Of a stretch of DNA of 40,647 nucleotides, positions 37,277 to 40,647 are shown in pieces; the stretch's first letter is position 1; each line of letters opens with the position of its first letter. The stretch is from Candidatus Heimdallarchaeota archaeon. GTDB lineage: Archaea; Asgardarchaeota; Heimdallarchaeia; JABLTI01. The stretch covers positions 1 to 40,647 of the forward strand of contig JABCTZ010000027.1 of NCBI GenBank assembly GCA_018238155.1, in the 5' to 3' direction. The notes beneath the pieces are model-generated. The model was not told the DNA's origin. It was given only the letters and a program-made list of their open reading frames with translations, and did no database searches. A program made the position numbers and the translations under genes.

Positions 37277-39367
37277 CTATAATTCGAAATCAAACTCCTG
37301 TTTTTGTTCTTCAATTTTGAATTGGAATGGTCGAAAGTATTCCTTTGCTTGTTGTACTACTTGCAGCATTGCTTTCCTGATTCTTTGTTGTTCCTTCCAA
37401 GATAGTTCTGTCCATCTATTTTTTCCTCCTACGGTCCAAGCATTGTATTGTTTCTTTTCATTAGAGATGAGCATTTCCTCCTTCCAGATGACATCGCTCA
37501 AAAATTGTTTCAAACTCAGTACCTGATAATCCATTGCTTTATCTAGACTACACATCTGTTCTTTACCGTTCATCCAAGTTAGTATGTTCCCTTTTATCAC
37601 TCGTTGACATTCTTTACCCAGCACCTCATTTCCTTCTGACTCTGGTAACAAGTAATATTGTGGGATTCTTTTTCGTAATCGTTGAGAAAAGATCATATCA
37701 GGGGTGATTTTTTCTTCAACAACTGCTATCACCATTGCGGGTATTATTGCTTGTTTGAACCCCTCTTCATTATCTAGTAGAAAACCGTATCTTCCTCCTG
37801 TTGTTTTTCTATGACAAAAGCCGGGTAATCCTTCCCACGGAAATTGGTGTTCGATACACTTTTTGATAAAAACAGTATTTATCTTCCCAAAGAATGCATT
37901 TGCTACTGTGTTTCCTTTTGAGAAGCTAAAATGGATCTCATATGGTCGTATCGGGTCTCTTTCTGTATGCCTTGCTTTCCTTCTATTCGGAAAATCAAAT
38001 TTATTTTCCTCAAAGATTCCTTTTAGTACCCCCCATTGGTAATTTGCTACGAATCCGTCTTTTTGATTCCATTCTTCACTTCCAAGTGGTATCCCTTGTT
38101 TCTTTCTTCTCATTAATTCATTGATTTTTTTGTTGCTCTCTTCCAGCGCTCGACCCAGCAATTTTCTATCACTGTATTCGGTTATTTGCTCTAGAGCATT
38201 TCTTCTGCTCCAAAGCAATGACATAGCATACTCAATATTCAACACTTCTGTTTCTCGTAGCAGTCCCACTGCACCGATTTGTTGTCTAGTAGGTTCAATA
38301 CTCTCGAGTTGTTCTTCTCTTTGAATGATTCTTATTTCGGAGAAGTTTCTTCCCAGTCTTCTCTTCAAAATATCATATTCTTCTTTATTATTCACTACCA
38401 AGAATTTCAGTTGAGTGTAGTGAGCATAGAGATTGTATGAGGTTAATAGTGCCATTTCCTTATGCAAGTCTTCTTCTTCACTGAAACTTTTCAAAGAAAT
38501 ACCATATTTACCACTCGCTTTGAATAATGGCGGTTCTTCTCCTCCGGTATAGATTTGATAGTTCTTTGAGTATTCGTGATATTTCTCTTGTGCAGCTTTC
38601 ACCCCATAGACTCCTTCGCTTTCGTTAAACCTCAGTTTATAGAAAGAGCCACAATAGTTGCATATGCGCAGTGCGCTGCCAATGTTAGGGAGCATTCCCC
38701 ACCCTAGGTTGATCATAGGTTTTTTACAAAATATGCAACGATAGGCAACCATTGCTTCTTTTGGAGATGTAATATAATAGCTATCTCTTTCACTCAAGTC
38801 GAACCAAAGTTCTGTATCACCTGCTTTATCAGCAAAATCTTGAATTGTTCGAAACGTTACAAGTGCTCTTGTCGTTCGTGAGATAAACCATTTACAAGCA
38901 AGCATTTTTGCAGGGAGATTAGCAAGTAATCGTATTCTATCTGTTGGATAACCTTTTGCAGCTAATTCTTGGAAAAAAGTGCATCTAGAGGTAAACCTGT
39001 TCCAATTCTCACATGAACCACACACTTTGAAAATATATTCTGGCCATTGAAAGTGATAGGGGATGTAGAATCTTTTTTCCTTTTTGAACCATTTAACTTT
39101 TCTAGATTTAATCTTCTTTTGTAATCTAAGTCTATTCATATAATCAGAAACAGTGCTTGAAGGAAGATTCGTTAACTTTTCTAGATCAAAGGTTGTCGCT
39201 GGAAAGGAGCAATTTAGTCGTTCATAATATTCCTCTCGAGTGAGTTCATTGTATTCCTCATAAGAAATTACCATTGCTCGCATTGCTTGTTCTTCTACAA
39301 AGAAGAGTATTTCCTCTTCCTTCTCATTTCGTAATTTTATTCGTTTACTATTATCCCATACAGTCAT
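37277..39367 (-). CDS. cas1: Highly diverged Cas1-family integrase with N-terminal wHTH and two Cys clusters
   Basis: C-terminal half follows the Cas1 motif order: KDGFVANYQW (EG...Y[WF]), FDFPNR (F..R), GNTVAN (N..LN), PGFCH (GFLH), FLLDNEEGFK (L..D..E.[FW]R), SLDKAMDYQVLSL; N-terminal HTH LTNLPSSTVSDYMNRL; CGSC..C..C and CIFC..CNYC. Confidence 0.72.
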   Translation of the reverse strand: MTVWDNSKRIKLRNEKEEEILFFVEEQAMRAMVISYEEYNELTREEYYERLNCSFPATTFDLEKLTNLPSSTVSDYMNRLRLQKKIKSRKVKWFKKEKRFYIPYHFQWPEYIFKVCGSCENWNRFTSRCTFFQELAAKGYPTDRIRLLANLPAKMLACKWFISRTTRALVTFRTIQDFADKAGDTELWFDLSERDSYYITSPKEAMVAYRCIFCKKPMINLGWGMLPNIGSALRICNYCGSFYKLRFNESEGVYGVKAAQEKYHEYSKNYQIYTGGEEPPLFKASGKYGISLKSFSEEEDLHKEMALLTSYNLYAHYTQLKFLVVNNKEEYDILKRRLGRNFSEIRIIQREEQLESIEPTRQQIGAVGLLRETEVLNIEYAMSLLWSRRNALEQITEYSDRKLLGRALEESNKKINELMRRKKQGIPLGSEEWNQKDGFVANYQWGVLKGIFEENKFDFPNRRKARHTERDPIRPYEIHFSFSKGNTVANAFFGKINTVFIKKCIEHQFPWEGLPGFCHRKTTGGRYGFLLDNEEGFKQAIIPAMVIAVVEEKITPDMIFSQRLRKRIPQYYLLPESEGNEVLGKECQRVIKGNILTWMNGKEQMCSLDKAMDYQVLSLKQFLSDVIWKEEMLISNEKKQYNAWTVGGKNRWTELSWKEQQRIRKAMLQVVQQAKEYFRPFQFKIEEQKQEFDFEL

Positions 39368-39380
39368 CTTTGCATCTCCC

Positions 39381-39614
39381 CTACAATTTAGTCAATTTTG
39401 CTTTGAGTATCTTTCTCTGTATGCCAAATTTAGTGTAAAACCAAGTATCAGTTATTTCAGGGAAGATCTGTTTTAATTCTTCGAATTGTTCTGCTACCAG
39501 AACATCATATTCTCGTAGATCTAATTCTACAATTGTTTTGTTTTGTGCTCGAGTGAATTCACTGGCTATTCCTTCTGCTAATTTTTGAGCAATCTCTTTT
39601 GCATTTCTTAACAA
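39381..39614 (-). CDS. Small hypothetical protein (77 aa) in the Cas1-like operon
   Basis: Overlaps the upstream stop codon and ends 13 nt before the Cas1-like start. Confidence 0.6.
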   Translation of the reverse strand: MLRNAKEIAQKLAEGIASEFTRAQNKTIVELDLREYDVLVAEQFEELKQIFPEITDTWFYTKFGIQRKILKAKLTKL

Positions 39615-40192
39615 GTAGCTAGCATGTTTCTCAATGATGGCGTATTCATTATCTGAAATTTCATTATGTATAGAAATTCGTGGTTTACTTTCCTCTGTAG
39701 AACAATTTTTCTGAAAACACTTGTTTCAATTTTATTTAGAAATTTATCACTAATAACCATTAGAAAATCCGTTACATAACTTGAGTGAAAATTCAAGCAA
39801 TATTTTTTTTTGTTTTTCTCACCATTTTTTTGAATGATGTCTCTAGCTTTTAATCTCTTTATAGTATTACAGATTGAATTATAGTGGCAATCGAGTTTTT
39901 GAGCGACGGACCTTTGATTTCCAATAGAAAAGCAATTACTAGAGACTATTCCCTTCCATAGACAATATAACAGCAACTTTTGTGTAGTTTTTGTTTCCTT
40001 TGTAATTGTTCTCCAATAATTGTTTTCACTATTGAAACTTGAAATAACACTCACCTTTTTTTTGTCGCTTCCTTCTTTCGCTTTACAATAAATCCTATCC
40101 CAATTTTCTTTAAAAAGAGCAAAAAAATCAGATCTTTTTTCTTTATAACTATTATTACATTCATATAACAAGAGTTTATGAAAACAAATCAA
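39608..40192 (-). CDS. Winged-helix DNA-binding protein, first gene of the Cas1-like operon
   Basis: NQRSVAQKLDCHYNSICNTIKRLKARDII HTH; start uncertain. Confidence 0.62.
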   Translation of the reverse strand: MICFHKLLLYECNNSYKEKRSDFFALFKENWDRIYCKAKEGSDKKKVSVISSFNSENNYWRTITKETKTTQKLLLYCLWKGIVSSNCFSIGNQRSVAQKLDCHYNSICNTIKRLKARDIIQKNGEKNKKKYCLNFHSSYVTDFLMVISDKFLNKIETSVFRKIVLQRKVNHEFLYIMKFQIMNTPSLRNMLATC

Positions 40193-40341
40193 TGACTATC
40201 AACAATATTCTATTGATCATTTTTTGTCATCCGACACAATTAGCATTTTTGAGAAATAATTATATGCTAGCATCACTTTCGTTATTCTGATTACTTCTCG
40301 TTGGAGAGAGTTAATCGGAGAAAGAAATTGGGTGTATAATT

Positions 40342-40647
40342 TTGAAGCACACGAAAGGAAAGAAAATTGGACTTATGATATTTATGATAGCAATTTTTGC
40401 AATAATGCCCATCACTTCGATGATTGCTGAAGCAGTTAAAATGGGTGATCCGACAATTGAATATGTATCTTCTAAATTACGTGTACCAGAAGAGATGCAA
40501 AAAATATCTGATGTTGAGATAGCAATGGATACAGTATATTGTCTTGATGTTGAATTACAAGCGACAAAGCGAACAGCAGAATACGTAAATGGTACAATTG
40601 AATTCAATGAAGATATCAGTCAATATGGAAAAAACGATTACTACACA
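40342..40647 (+). CDS. 5' part of a secreted or surface protein, truncated by the window end
   Basis: Open frame from TTG 40342 to the end: MKHTKGKKIGLMIFMIAIFAIMPITSMIAEA..., a basic n-region, hydrophobic h-region and AEA cleavage-like site. Confidence 0.7.
   Translation, partial: MKHTKGKKIGLMIFMIAIFAIMPITSMIAEAVKMGDPTIEYVSSKLRVPEEMQKISDVEIAMDTVYCLDVELQATKRTAEYVNGTIEFNEDISQYGKNDYYT

Larger units (their letters stand above)
24969..40192. mobile_element. Defence/mobilome island (boundaries approximate)
   Basis: Housekeeping genes stop abruptly; cluster of Cas-derived, nuclease, TA-like and RM-remnant genes; no terminal repeats identified. Confidence 0.55.

Noticed and set aside
37277-40192. 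Classical casposon
   Set aside because: No family B DNA polymerase gene or convincing TIRs within the window
35721-40201. Terminal inverted repeats for the Cas1-like module (tgatagtttgattttttt near 35723 vs aaaacaaatcaatgactatca near 40181-40201)
   Set aside because: Short, gapped and AT-rich, overlapping the predicted start codon, with no target-site duplication; compatible with chance
40311-40607. Minus-strand 98-aa ORF from the track
   Set aside because: Shadow of a plus-strand signal-peptide ORF that runs off the window
24969-40647. Canonical CRISPR array, cas2, cas6 or full-length cas10 near the cas-like genes
   Set aside because: No regularly spaced 25-40 bp repeats and no matching ORFs found by eye; an array outside the window cannot be excluded

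Overview
AT-rich archaeal chromosome segment, most likely Asgard (Heimdallarchaeia-like). That assignment is inferred from eS26, a divergent stand-alone EF-2 paralog, an archaeal histone and highly diverged Cas1/RAMP genes. Left part (1-24.9 kb) is mostly housekeeping: the acidic repeat tail of a truncated gene, tRNA-Gln(CUG), a porGDAB-type 2-oxoacid:ferredoxin oxidoreductase operon, M24 peptidase, rps26e, a tRNA-processing cluster (TrmY-like, YhbY, prs, trm11, rnz, thpR, cca), two GT4 glycosyltransferases, rubredoxin, a histone and the EF-2 paralog. Right part (24.97-40.2 kb) is a defence/mobilome island with no CRISPR array. It holds (i) a two-gene RAMP operon, Cas7/Csm3-like plus a Cas5-like RAMP fused to a Cas10-type permuted HD nuclease, whose 3' tail overlaps a candidate structured RNA and which is divergent from two small AbrB genes missing from the ORF track; (ii) a membrane-anchored Mre11/Rad50-like pair; (iii) a free-standing LAGLIDADG gene; (iv) an hsdR remnant; (v) a three-gene HEPN module; and (vi) a 696-aa HTH/Cys-cluster/Cas1-like integrase operon convergent with a Cas4-like nuclease, with no cas2 or polB. 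All calls come from reading motifs by eye; no database searches were run.
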